A stretch of 62,656 nt of DNA, filler included. It is 4 parts of 4 records of this genome, joined end to end, with 100 filler letters (N's around TTAATTAATTAA, not from the genome) between each part and the next. Parts side by side here need not be neighbours in the genome. Positions count along the whole stretch, not along the records: positions 27,366 to 57,098 come from SRR20825019_1662; 3 more parts are not named here. One strand, written 5' to 3'. The translations under genes and the position numbers were made by a program. Below, piece after piece: positions 28,426 to 38,869 of this stretch; positions within the stretch are counted from its first letter, which is position 1, and every line of letters begins with the position of its first letter. Below the pieces are notes generated by a model. That model worked only from the letters and a program-made list of their open reading frames with translations. It was not told the DNA's origin and ran no database searches.

Positions 28426-28766
28426 CCGAAACATACCGCCATCGAACGGAAATAGTCATCGGCATCCATTTGCTCGAAGGCTTTTTCAGTGACCCGTTCA
28501 TCACCAAAAACCAATCCGGCAATGAATTTGCGAGAACCAGCCATCACGGATTTACCACCATCAAGCTTTTCAAGAAGATCAAGGTCACGCCCCACGGGAC
28601 GACGGAACTCGATATGCTCGATGGCTTCCTCGCGCTTTCCGCTACTATCCTCGACGTTAACAACGACCGGGTACTCAAGACGCAGGATTTTGCGACCGAA
28701 TTTCCCGTCTTCGACATAACCATCAAGGCCGATATCTTCTGGTTTGAAATCGCCATCAAACATCAC
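28386..28766 (-). CDS. Tail assembly chaperone (FluMu gp41/P2 gpE-like)
   Basis: LEYPV..IEFRRPVGRDL..QMDADDY; lies between tube and tape measure. Confidence 0.82.
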   Translation of the reverse strand: MMFDGDFKPEDIGLDGYVEDGKFGRKILRLEYPVVVNVEDSSGKREEAIEHIEFRRPVGRDLDLLEKLDGGKSVMAGSRKFIAGLVFGDERVTEKAFEQMDADDYFRSMAVCFGFFLKPSRTTSDQ

Positions 28767-29122
28767 GAAACCACCCTTGCGCTTGGCCCGACAAAGCGGA
28801 CGGTCAAACTGTTATCCGACGCATCATTGTCGCCGGACCCCATTTCGGTTCCGAACTTCATAACAACAGTTCGATCGGTGCAATTCAGCTTGATTTCACT
28901 TTTCTTGACCGATGTAAGGTCCTTGTCAGATTGCCCTTCACCAAGGAAGACCTTCACCTCAATAAAGGCGGCACGTCCCTTTTCGGTCCAGCCGACCGAG
29001 CCGGAGCCGCCGCCTTCGATATTTTCGCGCTGCTTGCCGCCCAGATTATAGGTGGCAGTATCGGCAGTGTTATATGACACACCGCCAACATCAAGGGACT
29101 GGACCCCTGCAACTGTCGTCAT
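28763..29122 (-). CDS. Tail tube protein (Mu gpM-like)
   Basis: 119 aa after sheath; YNLGG..RE..G, AFIE, VRFVG. Confidence 0.8.
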   Translation of the reverse strand: MTTVAGVQSLDVGGVSYNTADTATYNLGGKQRENIEGGGSGSVGWTEKGRAAFIEVKVFLGEGQSDKDLTSVKKSEIKLNCTDRTVVMKFGTEMGSGDNDASDNSLTVRFVGPSARVVS

Positions 29123-29137
29123 TGATCAATCCCCCGA

Positions 29138-30646
29138 TCAGAAATCGCGAAAATCGAGTTCGAACTCGATCTTGGCAGCCAAAAGGTAAAGCGGGTTCGA
29201 AAGGTCCGGGCGATAGATCATGTTGAGCCGATAGGAGTTGGTCGGCGATTTGGACACTTCCAACCGCTCGGCAAATCCATCAACATCCTCGACTAGCCCC
29301 AGACCAACCATATAATCGTAATGGGCAATCAGAGAGGCCCGAACGGAGCGCGGCGTCACATAAGGAATGCCGTCATCGACTGGCGTACCGTCATCGACAA
29401 GAATCGGGCGCAGCATCCGAATACCTTCAAGAACGCTAGCAAGCTCATCCCGAATCCGCCCGAGCTGGGCAACCGTGTTGACCAGCAAATACGCTTCGGA
29501 AAGGTCACCAAACTCATTGGTCTGATACATCGTGATCGGCATATTCAGGCGTACCTTGCCATCGCGACCTTCATCAGTGACCGTGATCCCTGCAAACATC
29601 AGGGTGTTTTTGTCGGTGTATTCCAACCGGCTTTTTTCCGGTGGTGCCATTTCACCGACCAGTTCGATACCGGCAAGCGGTCGAGCCGGATGGTTGAAAA
29701 GCTTGCCCGACATCTGCCCGGCATATCGGGCGGCACGCATCCATGCAGGCCCCGGAGCATCATAGGTGCCAATGGTGGAGACAAAGCGGTCATTGCGCGA
29801 CGTTCCAAAAGTCAACAGCTCACTAACCGTGCCGCGACGCGCCGTGAAGCCTTTGACATCATTTTCGACGCCTGCTTTTTGCTGCCCCTCAAGCCACTCT
29901 GAAATGGCATCTAGCGTGCCGCCATCGGTCCAAGGGAAGCCAACATAGTTGACTTTCTGAGAACCGATCGCCGCGAGTGCGCCAGCAATATCCGGATTTC
30001 CCGAACCGTTTTGCAAAAACCCGGAGTTTGGCACCGCAATGGAAATACCTGCAGGAACCTTTTCACCGGACATGACGCCGCGCAATGCAACCTGAATGCG
30101 AATATCGTTTCCTATTTCACCCGCATTTTTTGCTTCGAAAGTTACAACACCAGCCTCCGCCGTCGCCGCAACCGGCAGATTCGGCAAAGCAGTAATCGCA
30201 GCAGCCACGGACGCTGCTACATCAGCGGGCGTATCATCGATAACCACCGGCACAAACACCCGCACACCCGCAACATAGACAGCCAAAGCACGGCTTTCGG
30301 TTGCGGCGCCGGTGAATGTCATCGCAACAGACGCTTTCACACCCGCAACCAGATCAGGAAGTGCAATGGCATAAAGCGTCATGGTCGTATTGTTCTGGCG
30401 ATACGCCTCGACCATCAATGCCAGGTTCGACCCCTTGCCGAACATCTCTCCAGCAGCGGCGCCAGTGCCCGGCACAAGCAATAGTTCGGCGTCATTTGCG
30501 GAACCAGACGCCAAACTTTGACCGATCAGCAAGGCAACATGGTTTGAAACCAGCCCATTCACGCGCGAACCGCTGGTTTCGATGTATTTACCGGCGACAC
30601 GCGCGTTGATGGCGATTTCGTTAAAGCTCTCATTTGGAATAGCCAT
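29138..30646 (-). CDS. Tail sheath protein (Mu gpL-like)
   Basis: FGKGSNLALMV, AKNAGEIGNDI, PARPL, ITMYQTNEFG. Confidence 0.9.
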   Translation of the reverse strand: MAIPNESFNEIAINARVAGKYIETSGSRVNGLVSNHVALLIGQSLASGSANDAELLLVPGTGAAAGEMFGKGSNLALMVEAYRQNNTTMTLYAIALPDLVAGVKASVAMTFTGAATESRALAVYVAGVRVFVPVVIDDTPADVAASVAAAITALPNLPVAATAEAGVVTFEAKNAGEIGNDIRIQVALRGVMSGEKVPAGISIAVPNSGFLQNGSGNPDIAGALAAIGSQKVNYVGFPWTDGGTLDAISEWLEGQQKAGVENDVKGFTARRGTVSELLTFGTSRNDRFVSTIGTYDAPGPAWMRAARYAGQMSGKLFNHPARPLAGIELVGEMAPPEKSRLEYTDKNTLMFAGITVTDEGRDGKVRLNMPITMYQTNEFGDLSEAYLLVNTVAQLGRIRDELASVLEGIRMLRPILVDDGTPVDDGIPYVTPRSVRASLIAHYDYMVGLGLVEDVDGFAERLEVSKSPTNSYRLNMIYRPDLSNPLYLLAAKIEFELDFRDF

Positions 30647-30649
30647 GAC

Positions 30650-30877
30650 TTACCCTTTTTTCTCGGCCTTGGCGGCAACAGGGACCAGATCACCGAAAAG
30701 ACCGCCCGGAACGCCACCCGCCGAAACAGGCGGCAGCAAACGGAGGATTTCCGGCTTGCGAAGTTGCCGCTCGGTCAAATCGAACGGACCATCAGGGAAA
30801 TACTTCCCGGTTTCCGGGTTCATCACCCGCAACGGCTGGCCATTGACCTTGCTGGCCGGATTAACCTGCACTTTCAT
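30650..30877 (-). CDS. Small pre-sheath protein (DUF2635-like)
   Basis: MKVQVNP..LRVMNPETGKYFP; GGAG RBS; position before sheath. Confidence 0.6.
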   Translation of the reverse strand: MKVQVNPASKVNGQPLRVMNPETGKYFPDGPFDLTERQLRKPEILRLLPPVSAGGVPGGLFGDLVPVAAKAEKKG

Positions 30878-31352
30878 TATCGATCGCTCCTTGCTCGATA
30901 TCGATGCCCTGCAATTCACCAGCATCGATTGAAATCACACGCGGGCGCAGTAATTCGCCCGACATGGTGATAATTTCGCCGACCAGCGGCCCGCCTTTTT
31001 CACTCATGAATTGTTTGATGGATATTGACGGCGGCTTCTTCCAAAGTTTGCGGAACGAACCGTCGGCAAACAGGGTGGTAATGATGGATTGGGTCTCTTG
31101 TTCGGCTGCAGCACACCAGCCCTCGGCAACCTGACAATGCACTTCAATGTTCAGATTGACCGATGCATCAAACTCCCAGAACGACCCCTTCGGTTCCATG
31201 TTATCGACCGGCGCATAGATCGAAATTGCGGGCAAACTTTCGGCTGAAATTTCGCTGATCCGGCCAATAACGATCTCAGGCCGATCCGGCTTAACTTCCA
31301 GCCGATCCTTGACGGCCTGCATGAGCGAGGATCGGGCAAAATATTCAGACAT
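30861..31352 (-). CDS. Putative tail terminator/completion protein
   Basis: Position; ESLPAISIY motif. Confidence 0.6.
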   Translation of the reverse strand: MSEYFARSSLMQAVKDRLEVKPDRPEIVIGRISEISAESLPAISIYAPVDNMEPKGSFWEFDASVNLNIEVHCQVAEGWCAAAEQETQSIITTLFADGSFRKLWKKPPSISIKQFMSEKGGPLVGEIITMSGELLRPRVISIDAGELQGIDIEQGAIDNESAG

Positions 31353-31668
31353 TGCGTACCTCGCCCGCCATCAAGCCAACCGTGATCCACCCCGTATCAT
31401 CGGGATCAATCGCCGCAATCGTGTAAGTTGCCCCGGCCACGTCGACAAAATCGCCCTGCTTGGCGTGCGGCGCCTCTTCTTTGCGAAACCCACCGGTAAA
31501 CTCGAAAGCCTGATACTCCGCCTCGCCGCCCCCATCTTCGGGCGCCGCGCCCTGCCGGAAATCAAACTTTTCGACTGTAGAGATTGACCCGGCTTTATGC
31601 CGGATAATTACCTTCTGACCGAAAGCGCCAGCCACTGGCGCATTCAGAAGCGCATCAAAATCAATCAT
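31345..31668 (-). CDS. Head-tail joining protein
   Basis: MIDFD.., QGDFV, YTI..IDPDDTGW. Confidence 0.7.
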   Translation of the reverse strand: MIDFDALLNAPVAGAFGQKVIIRHKAGSISTVEKFDFRQGAAPEDGGGEAEYQAFEFTGGFRKEEAPHAKQGDFVDVAGATYTIAAIDPDDTGWITVGLMAGEVRNV

Positions 31669-31680
31669 GAGAAATCACCA

Positions 31681-31715
31681 AAAGAAAAAACGCCCGCCCA
31701 AAGAGGGCGAGCGTT
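31681..31715 (-). terminator. Terminator after the major capsid gene
   Basis: ACGCTCGCCC-TCTTT-GGGCGGGCGT followed by TTTTT. Confidence 0.75.
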
Positions 31716-31740
31716 CAATAGTCCGATTGCCGGAAGGAAA

Positions 31741-32790
31741 TTAACCGGCAGGCTTGATCCGACCGCGGCGGAGCGCTTCTGGCCGTTTGCAGATGTAAAG
31801 CGGATAGGAATAAATTTCCAAATCCACATACATATTACGGTCCTTGTCCGGGACTACGAGCGGATACTGGCGCTTACCAGGCATATTCACAGTGTCGAGG
31901 AATTCGCCCGGTGACAGACCCTCCTCGAAGATGCCCGGAGCAACCGGGAATGCACGGAATTCATCTGCAGGCACACCAACGGCACCATCTTCGGTACCGC
32001 GATAGTTGACCCAACGAATGTCGCCGTAGTCAAAAGTCTCATAGGCCAGATTTTCGTCCTGCAGCTTGCTTGCCGCCGGGCGCCCCATGTAAGTTGCACG
32101 CGTTTCCGGGTTGTCGACAAGTTTGTCAAAGAACAAATCGCCGCACAGCACAACGACGCGCATATTCGGAAGAACAACGCCACCAAGGCTTTCAAGAATT
32201 TCGCGCTTGAGGGCACGGCATTGCTGCCGAATAACACCTTCGCCGTCAGCCGAAGCCGCCGCAAAGTCGAACTCGATCACATCGGGACGGGTCAAACCCA
32301 ATGTCTGATACCAATCGATAATGGTTTCACCATCAGCATCTTTAATCAGACCATCAATCGCACCGATACGATGGAATTCGCGGGTCAGCTCAAGTCGAGA
32401 CAGCATGCCACCGGGACCAGCATAACGACGGGTCACTTCATCCTGCACCTGCATCAGTTCGGTTGTCGAACCATAGGCACGAATGCCGGAAACTTCATCG
32501 GCGTAGATACGATCGCTATCCGCAAGGCGAACAGTTCGCACATCGATCACTTCACGCTTCTGATTGTTGTTGCCACGTGGTGCCGCCGTGCCCCGTTCCG
32601 AAGTTTGAATGATGCTGATTTTGTTTCCGACCACTTCAATCGGAATGGCTACCGTGCGAACCGGACGAGGTGTCCACAAACCCGGAATACTGCCCAAGTA
32701 AGACGGGACATACGGCGCTTTTTCAACAAGGGACATCATGCCCATCATCGAAAACGCCGGATTGTTACTGAAAATATCAAGAGCTGGCAT
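31741..32790 (-). CDS. Major capsid protein (lambda gpE family)
   Basis: 349 aa; IRAYGSTTEL, TREFHRIGAIDG, SYPLYICKRPEAL. Confidence 0.88.
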   Translation of the reverse strand: MPALDIFSNNPAFSMMGMMSLVEKAPYVPSYLGSIPGLWTPRPVRTVAIPIEVVGNKISIIQTSERGTAAPRGNNNQKREVIDVRTVRLADSDRIYADEVSGIRAYGSTTELMQVQDEVTRRYAGPGGMLSRLELTREFHRIGAIDGLIKDADGETIIDWYQTLGLTRPDVIEFDFAAASADGEGVIRQQCRALKREILESLGGVVLPNMRVVVLCGDLFFDKLVDNPETRATYMGRPAASKLQDENLAYETFDYGDIRWVNYRGTEDGAVGVPADEFRAFPVAPGIFEEGLSPGEFLDTVNMPGKRQYPLVVPDKDRNMYVDLEIYSYPLYICKRPEALRRGRIKPAG

Positions 32791-32803
32791 TGTGATGGGT
32801 TCC

Positions 32804-33442
32804 TTACTTCACCAGAAGATGATTAGAAGCCAGATCAGCAATCGCCGCGGCCTTTTGACCATCGGTGATACCTTCCGGCCAGATCAGGCGGGATTGGCTG
32901 ACCGTCGCAAGGCGCGTGATTAGGACGCCTTTCTTCGCGGCAGACTTGGCATCGACATCGTTGAACAGGATGGCAGACGCGACTTGCGATCCGTCGTCGG
33001 CATCCGGATCAAGCGACGTGAATTCGCCGTTTCCCTGCGATACGGTCACAGTGAAACTGTCACCTTCGACAAAAGCAGTGCCACCAGCGGCGATCGTAAA
33101 CCCGCCGATATGAGACGAATTGTAAGCGGTGCCCACAGCCGCATCTTTCAACGCATCACCGCTGGGTGTAACGACTGCGAACTTGGTCGCCGTCTTTGCG
33201 GTAAGAACATAACCGCCAATCTCGACATCCTTGCCGGCCACTACTGTCGCACCGTCAAGCGTGCCATCGCCGGTATTGGCACCGGCAACCGCAGAAATCG
33301 TGTCCGATACACCCTGACGGCCAAGAACAGTGCCCGGGAGATAGACCTTACCTGCCTGCAGCATTCCCGTTTCACGAAACTGCTGGCTGACCTCGAAATT
33401 AATAAAGGCCGCTACGCGCGGCCCTGCAACATGCAACGTCAT
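32804..33442 (-). CDS. Head decoration protein (gpD-like) with internal insertion
   Basis: YLPGTVLG..DGSQVASAIL..LIWPEG. Confidence 0.78.
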   Translation of the reverse strand: MTLHVAGPRVAAFINFEVSQQFRETGMLQAGKVYLPGTVLGRQGVSDTISAVAGANTGDGTLDGATVVAGKDVEIGGYVLTAKTATKFAVVTPSGDALKDAAVGTAYNSSHIGGFTIAAGGTAFVEGDSFTVTVSQGNGEFTSLDPDADDGSQVASAILFNDVDAKSAAKKGVLITRLATVSQSRLIWPEGITDGQKAAAIADLASNHLLVK

Positions 33443-33460
33443 TGGTTTTCACCCTTTGAT

Positions 33461-34849
33461 TTAAGAGCCGGTAACGCGCTGCAGGGACGAACCCCACGCA
33501 CTTGCGACCTTGGTTTCGTCTGTTTCGACACCACCATCTGCACCGATATCGGGGTTGCCCGCCCCGGACATCAAGCCGGACAAACCACCGGAAGTTTTCG
33601 GAGCTGCAGCAAGCGCCGCACGGGCGTCCGCAACCTTCATTGAGGTGTTGAAGGCAAGATGCTGCGCAAGCTGCTCCCGGCCCTTGGCTTCGTCGTCACC
33701 AATGATCGCGGCAATACGTTTGCGCTCACTCTCCGCCGACTTCGACGACTTTTCCTCACCATCGTCGGCAGATTCTTCTTCATCAGAGCCGGCATCTTTT
33801 GCGCCCGCACCCTTTTTGGATGAGGTTTCAACTTCCTCATCGTCTTCTTCTTCGGCCTCGTTATCTTCTTCGGCCTGATTTTTTGCCAGCGAGGCCTGAC
33901 TGCCCCGCGTACCTGTAATGCGCTGGTTCATGGTTCCTCCATTGTGCGCAGTGATGCCTGCGGCGGGGCCGCTGGCGGAATTAAGATGGTCAACAAACTT
34001 CGCAAAAGCCTGCGAGGGCGAAAGTAGTTCGTCCGCAAAGCCTATTTTGACCGCCTCTTTGGCGGAAATGGTTCGCGCTTCCGTCGCAAGAACATCGCTG
34101 ACATTAAGGCCGCGACCAGATGCAACCGCTGTAGCGAAATCGGTGCGCAAAGCCTCTAGCTCCGCTTTGATTTCCTTTGCAGCCTCTTCCGGAAGTGCCT
34201 CGTATGGGTTCATTTCCATTTTGCGGCTACCGGCACGCAGCACGGTGACTTTGATACCCATATCCTCATAGGCCTTGGTCAGGTCCGCATGCAGAACAAC
34301 CGCGCCAACGCTGCCAACTCCGCCGCAGGAAGGCAGACAGATGTGATCACATTGGCTCGCCAGCCAATATGCAGCCGAATAGGCATGATCAGAGCAAATC
34401 GCCCAAACCGGTTTATCAGCCGCGGTGATCAAGTCCGCCAATTCGAACAGTTCCGAGTGGACTTCTCCCCCGGGACTTTCAATATCTAGCGCTATCCCTT
34501 TGACGTCATCATCGGACAAGGCTTCGGACAGCTTGATAATCAGACCGTCATACCCCGTCATGCCCGAATAAGGGTTGAGTACCCCCAACTTGCTGACCAA
34601 CGTACCGGTAACCGGCAACACAGCTACACCATTGTCGACATGGTATATCTTGCGATCTGGACGCTGACCGTCCCATTCGGACGCCAGTGCCTCAAGATTG
34701 ACCGGTTCGGCTGCAGACACGTCTGCATCAAACAGCCAACCGTTCAAACCCGCCCGCGGCGCCAAAGCACCAAGCAACAAACGCGCTCGTTCGGGCGTCA
34801 CCAGATGCGGCTTATTAAGCAGCCGCGTCAGAAGCCGTTGGTAATCCAT
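33461..34849 (-). CDS. S49 capsid maturation protease with C-terminal scaffold (gpC/Nu3-like)
   Basis: LDIESPGG, AYSAAYWLASQ, GVGSVG; ERKRIAAII..AKGREQLA. Confidence 0.9.
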   Translation of the reverse strand: MDYQRLLTRLLNKPHLVTPERARLLLGALAPRAGLNGWLFDADVSAAEPVNLEALASEWDGQRPDRKIYHVDNGVAVLPVTGTLVSKLGVLNPYSGMTGYDGLIIKLSEALSDDDVKGIALDIESPGGEVHSELFELADLITAADKPVWAICSDHAYSAAYWLASQCDHICLPSCGGVGSVGAVVLHADLTKAYEDMGIKVTVLRAGSRKMEMNPYEALPEEAAKEIKAELEALRTDFATAVASGRGLNVSDVLATEARTISAKEAVKIGFADELLSPSQAFAKFVDHLNSASGPAAGITAHNGGTMNQRITGTRGSQASLAKNQAEEDNEAEEEDDEEVETSSKKGAGAKDAGSDEEESADDGEEKSSKSAESERKRIAAIIGDDEAKGREQLAQHLAFNTSMKVADARAALAAAPKTSGGLSGLMSGAGNPDIGADGGVETDETKVASAWGSSLQRVTGS

Positions 34850-36494
34850 TCGCCCTAGCCTTTGCTTGGAGTTTAGCCATTTGCCGCTCGTACCGATCGA
34901 CACTTGATGTCACTGTCGTTGTCGTGACCTGCCCATCTTCCCCGGCTTCAGTGGTCGATACCGACCATTCAGGAGGCGGAACACCGTTCTCTGCCATGGT
35001 CTGGCGCTCGTAACGACGTTGTTCGATTATCTCTTCCCAATCTTTGCCCTGTTCGGCAGCTTCATCCTCAAGGGTTGAAAGTGCAGACTGCATACGCATG
35101 TCGGCTGCTGTCGCCTCTTTGACGGGATCGATATATCCGCGTGGAGGCCCGATCCAGCGCGCCCGGGTCCAAGCCGCAACGGCCTGACGAAAGCCAGGCG
35201 CGCCTTTCGGGACATCGATTTCGCCACGGTCGATCATTTCTTCGACCAGCAGAACATAGACCTGCTGCACGAAGTCCCGCACGAACTCGGCACGGCAAAT
35301 AGAGAAGTGCCGCCAGACTTCGAGTAATGCCGCACGAGCCGAGCTATAATTGACCTTCGACCAGTCCATAGATATCTGTTCATATGAGATACCCAGCGAT
35401 GCTGCGAAATATCTCAGGCAGGTCTCCTGAAACGCCGAAAATCCACTATTCGGGCGTTCGGATCGCAGCAACTGCAATTCTTCACCCGGGAACAGCTTCG
35501 GAATACGTGCCCCGTCCAAGGACAAGTCTTTGCTATCGTGATAAGCGGATCGGGCATCCTGATACGACGAAAGCGATTCTCCACTCGCACTCGGATCAAG
35601 CATGGCGTTTGCCATTTGCTGATCGAACGGTGATTTCACAAACGCAGCAAAGACCGCGTGAATAAGGGCAGATTGCAGCTCGGTCTTTGACCAACGACGC
35701 TCCATTTGCATGCGCTCAAGGATCGGCGTGAAAAGACCGCGACCACGTGTTGCACCTGCCTTGTCTCGCATGAAAGCATGAATTACCCCACGCCGACGCG
35801 TGCCCCCGACAAAGGCGGGAACCCGCGTCCACTTGAACGCATCATTAAAGTTCGCTGTTGAAAGATCGGACGGATGGCTGTTTCGGAAGTGATATGCTAC
35901 CGGGGCGCCATCATTATTCTTTTCAACTCCACCCCGAAGGTTTGGCGTATCGGGCTGGGCATCCGGGTTGCAAAGCCGATCAGGATCGACAACCCGCAAT
36001 GCCAACGCGTATCGTCCACCACGTTCTGGCATCCAATACGGGACCGCTATTGCTTCGCCATCAATCGCATAGTGATTAAAGGCTATGGCGCACATCCCGT
36101 TGAAATCCGTTTTCATCTCTACATCACAGAGAAAATCCGGATCACCCGCCCAATTAATCCAGCCCTGTTCCAGAAGGCGCGCCGTTTCGCGTCCCCATTC
36201 AAACGACTGGTTCAGTGCCCGATAGTTGGGCTTTGCCGACAAACGCAGGCCCGCACCGATCACGCCCTCACGGAGTTTCTGAACGCCGGAAACCGCCCAA
36301 CCTGAATTGCGATACTGATCCCACGCCCGCCCCTGAATTAGGTCACGCTCGGGCAATAGGGCAGCGTCAGCAGATTTCAGCGACGGGTAGTAGCCAGACA
36401 TTTCAACCGAACGCTGGGAAGCTGCGTCATGTGAAGATGTTGCACTGGCGCGCAACGGGGTAATCCCATCACTTTGAACAAGAGCTTTATTCAT
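34815..36494 (-). CDS. Portal protein (lambda gpB family)
   Basis: GVEKNNDGAPVAYH, RGRGLFTP, DWSKVNYSSARA, YIDPVKE. Confidence 0.93.
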   Translation of the reverse strand: MNKALVQSDGITPLRASATSSHDAASQRSVEMSGYYPSLKSADAALLPERDLIQGRAWDQYRNSGWAVSGVQKLREGVIGAGLRLSAKPNYRALNQSFEWGRETARLLEQGWINWAGDPDFLCDVEMKTDFNGMCAIAFNHYAIDGEAIAVPYWMPERGGRYALALRVVDPDRLCNPDAQPDTPNLRGGVEKNNDGAPVAYHFRNSHPSDLSTANFNDAFKWTRVPAFVGGTRRRGVIHAFMRDKAGATRGRGLFTPILERMQMERRWSKTELQSALIHAVFAAFVKSPFDQQMANAMLDPSASGESLSSYQDARSAYHDSKDLSLDGARIPKLFPGEELQLLRSERPNSGFSAFQETCLRYFAASLGISYEQISMDWSKVNYSSARAALLEVWRHFSICRAEFVRDFVQQVYVLLVEEMIDRGEIDVPKGAPGFRQAVAAWTRARWIGPPRGYIDPVKEATAADMRMQSALSTLEDEAAEQGKDWEEIIEQRRYERQTMAENGVPPPEWSVSTTEAGEDGQVTTTTVTSSVDRYERQMAKLQAKARANGLPTASDAAA

Positions 36495-36712
36495 CAATGA
36501 GCCCTCACACCAATTGCATGACGCCCGCCAAGACCGAGCAGATTGTCGATTTCGGCAATTCGGGCATTTATCGACGCCAGATCGGCACCTCGATAGCCAA
36601 CACTGCGACCGTTCGACGACAAGGACTGGACGCTTTCACCCGTAAGCAAACGAGTACGCGCATCAATCAACTTTTGTTTTTCGGCATTGAGGGCAACTGT
36701 ATCGATAGACAT
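36494..36712 (-). CDS. gpW-like head completion protein
   Basis: 72 aa; LLTGE..NGRSVGY..ADL. Confidence 0.8.
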   Translation of the reverse strand: MSIDTVALNAEKQKLIDARTRLLTGESVQSLSSNGRSVGYRGADLASINARIAEIDNLLGLGGRHAIGVRAH

Positions 36713-36721
36713 TCAAAGCCC

Positions 36722-38869
36722 CTATGCGAGGCGCGACACCATTGCCGAAATCTTTTTCGACTTGTCGTTTGATGTCGCGGTTCCACTGGAAATATCCACC
36801 GGCCCAGCTTCTGCGCTGGTGGCATTTACGGTTATGATTAACGGGTTGCCATCCACGCGAAGCCAGTTCGGCAATCGTTCGGGATGGTCCCACGGCATTT
36901 CATCTGCCCGCAGACGCAATGCCGCGGCGGTGCAATAGCCCGATAAGTCAAAGGCTTCGTTGCGCTTTACTTCACGCACCCATCCTTTGTCCCCACGAAC
37001 TTCAGCCAGGTATTCAGCCAAAGGCGACCGGGAAAGTTGATCCCGATCCGGTTCGACAACATTTTCGGATAATCCGACCAGCGCCATACCCTTCGGAATA
37101 TGGATATATTGCGGTCCCGGCTGTTCACGCCGCAAGCCGCCCATCACGAAGTCCTTGACCTGATCAACACCTACCTGCAGAACCGGAATTTCACCGCGAG
37201 CCCCGGCATACCGATCTTTGCGCTCGCTGTCCGGATAGGTCAGGGCAACGCGCGGAACCTTGAAGCCACCAACGCCTCGCAACGGCAAGGCACGGTCATG
37301 GTTACGCCGCCGCTTTAGATCACGGTAGAAATCATAAGCCTGCCCGGTCACACCGTCACGACCATGGATGTCATAGACAAACAGCTTCAACATCATCGCC
37401 TTGGTCGGGTTTCCAGCCATCGGCCAAGCTTTTTCAAGCACCTTTGTCCGCAAGAGTTGCCAATCCTCAGCATATGCAGCCGGGTTTAAGGCACGCTCCT
37501 GTTGACCCGGCTTCAAATCCGGAAGTGCAATATCAAACCGGTCAACAATCCAACGCTCTAGATGATCGCCAAATCCTTCGATCTGAATGACAAACCGGTT
37601 GCCTTGCACGTCCCCGGACCCGATCAGGAAGCGAACACCATCCGGCACGACACCCAACGGATAATCCTCGCAACGCGCAAACAGGCTTTCGAGTGTTAGA
37701 ACACCCTGCTCGGCCCGTTCAGCGATCGCGCGAGGCATATAAGGTTCGGCCTGATCGGTGTTGACGGTTGTTCGCAGACCGGTTTCGGTTCCTGACCGGC
37801 TATATTCATCAAGCGCCGTCAGGTATCTATTGACCAAACCAGACCACGATTGAAATACCGCAGCCGGTCCTTTTAGCCAGTACGATGCGATATCTGATTG
37901 ACGCGCAATTCCGTGGATGTCCCCATCACGGATTGAAAGCCCATCGGCCAGCCACTGACCATTGGCGTTAAATTCCCTCCGATGACGCTCTTCTATGAGC
38001 TCACCACAATGCGGGCAGCGCATCGAAACATTAGCCGATGCCTCTTGAATATTGTCGGTTTCGCGCCATTCAAGAAGATCGAAAGACGGCTCAAACCCAC
38101 AACTGCACCCACGACACGACCAGTACCAGCGACGACGATCTCCACGATTATAAAGGCCAAGGATGCCGCCAACGGGCGGAGCTTCGTGCCCTTCCGTCTT
38201 GTATCGAATATCGGTCAAGTCACGGCCCGGAGACGATTCACAGACCGTCATCCCACGCGAACCGAATGTCTTGGTACGCTGGCGCCCCAAGTCGAATGGT
38301 TCGCCTTCCCCGTCTATGTCATCCGACATACGGTCCCGATCCGTCATCAGGATTAGCGGGATCGGTTCGGACGACAAATGCGTGATCGTCGGCCAAGCAA
38401 TTGTGATAACCGCACCCGACGCCAGACGCTTATCGGTGATGTTGTCAGAGTGTGCAGCTTTTGAAAGGCGCTCTTTGAAGTCCGGACTTTCCTGATCAAT
38501 CAATTTGCGCAAGCGCTTGATAGAAAACCGCCGGGCCGTTGCCTGATCCATCTGCAAAACCATCGTATCGACGGGATCGCAGGTCGCCATATGCACCAAT
38601 CGATTGATAATTAGACTATCGGTTTTCAACGATTGAGCGGGACCACAAAAAATGACGCCCTCATATTCGCGCGAGTTCGTCATATTCATCGGCTCGACCA
38701 TGTAAGGCGCAACCGAATTGTCCCATGGACCGTTGTAAACCGGGCTGATAACGCGGCGATACCGAGCTGCAGCTTCTGAAACCGAAATGCGTTTGGGCGG
38801 AAGGAAACTGGCAGCGGCTTGTGCCAGAATTTCCCACGGGTCGACAAAATCAGGAAGGGGCTGTTCCAT
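36722..38869 (-). CDS. Terminase large subunit (lambda gpA family)
   Basis: GPAQSLKT, RTKTF, ESSPG, GDRRRWY, CPHCG, GDVQ, RNEAFDL. Confidence 0.94.
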   Translation of the reverse strand: MEQPLPDFVDPWEILAQAAASFLPPKRISVSEAAARYRRVISPVYNGPWDNSVAPYMVEPMNMTNSREYEGVIFCGPAQSLKTDSLIINRLVHMATCDPVDTMVLQMDQATARRFSIKRLRKLIDQESPDFKERLSKAAHSDNITDKRLASGAVITIAWPTITHLSSEPIPLILMTDRDRMSDDIDGEGEPFDLGRQRTKTFGSRGMTVCESSPGRDLTDIRYKTEGHEAPPVGGILGLYNRGDRRRWYWSCRGCSCGFEPSFDLLEWRETDNIQEASANVSMRCPHCGELIEERHRREFNANGQWLADGLSIRDGDIHGIARQSDIASYWLKGPAAVFQSWSGLVNRYLTALDEYSRSGTETGLRTTVNTDQAEPYMPRAIAERAEQGVLTLESLFARCEDYPLGVVPDGVRFLIGSGDVQGNRFVIQIEGFGDHLERWIVDRFDIALPDLKPGQQERALNPAAYAEDWQLLRTKVLEKAWPMAGNPTKAMMLKLFVYDIHGRDGVTGQAYDFYRDLKRRRNHDRALPLRGVGGFKVPRVALTYPDSERKDRYAGARGEIPVLQVGVDQVKDFVMGGLRREQPGPQYIHIPKGMALVGLSENVVEPDRDQLSRSPLAEYLAEVRGDKGWVREVKRNEAFDLSGYCTAAALRLRADEMPWDHPERLPNWLRVDGNPLIITVNATSAEAGPVDISSGTATSNDKSKKISAMVSRLA

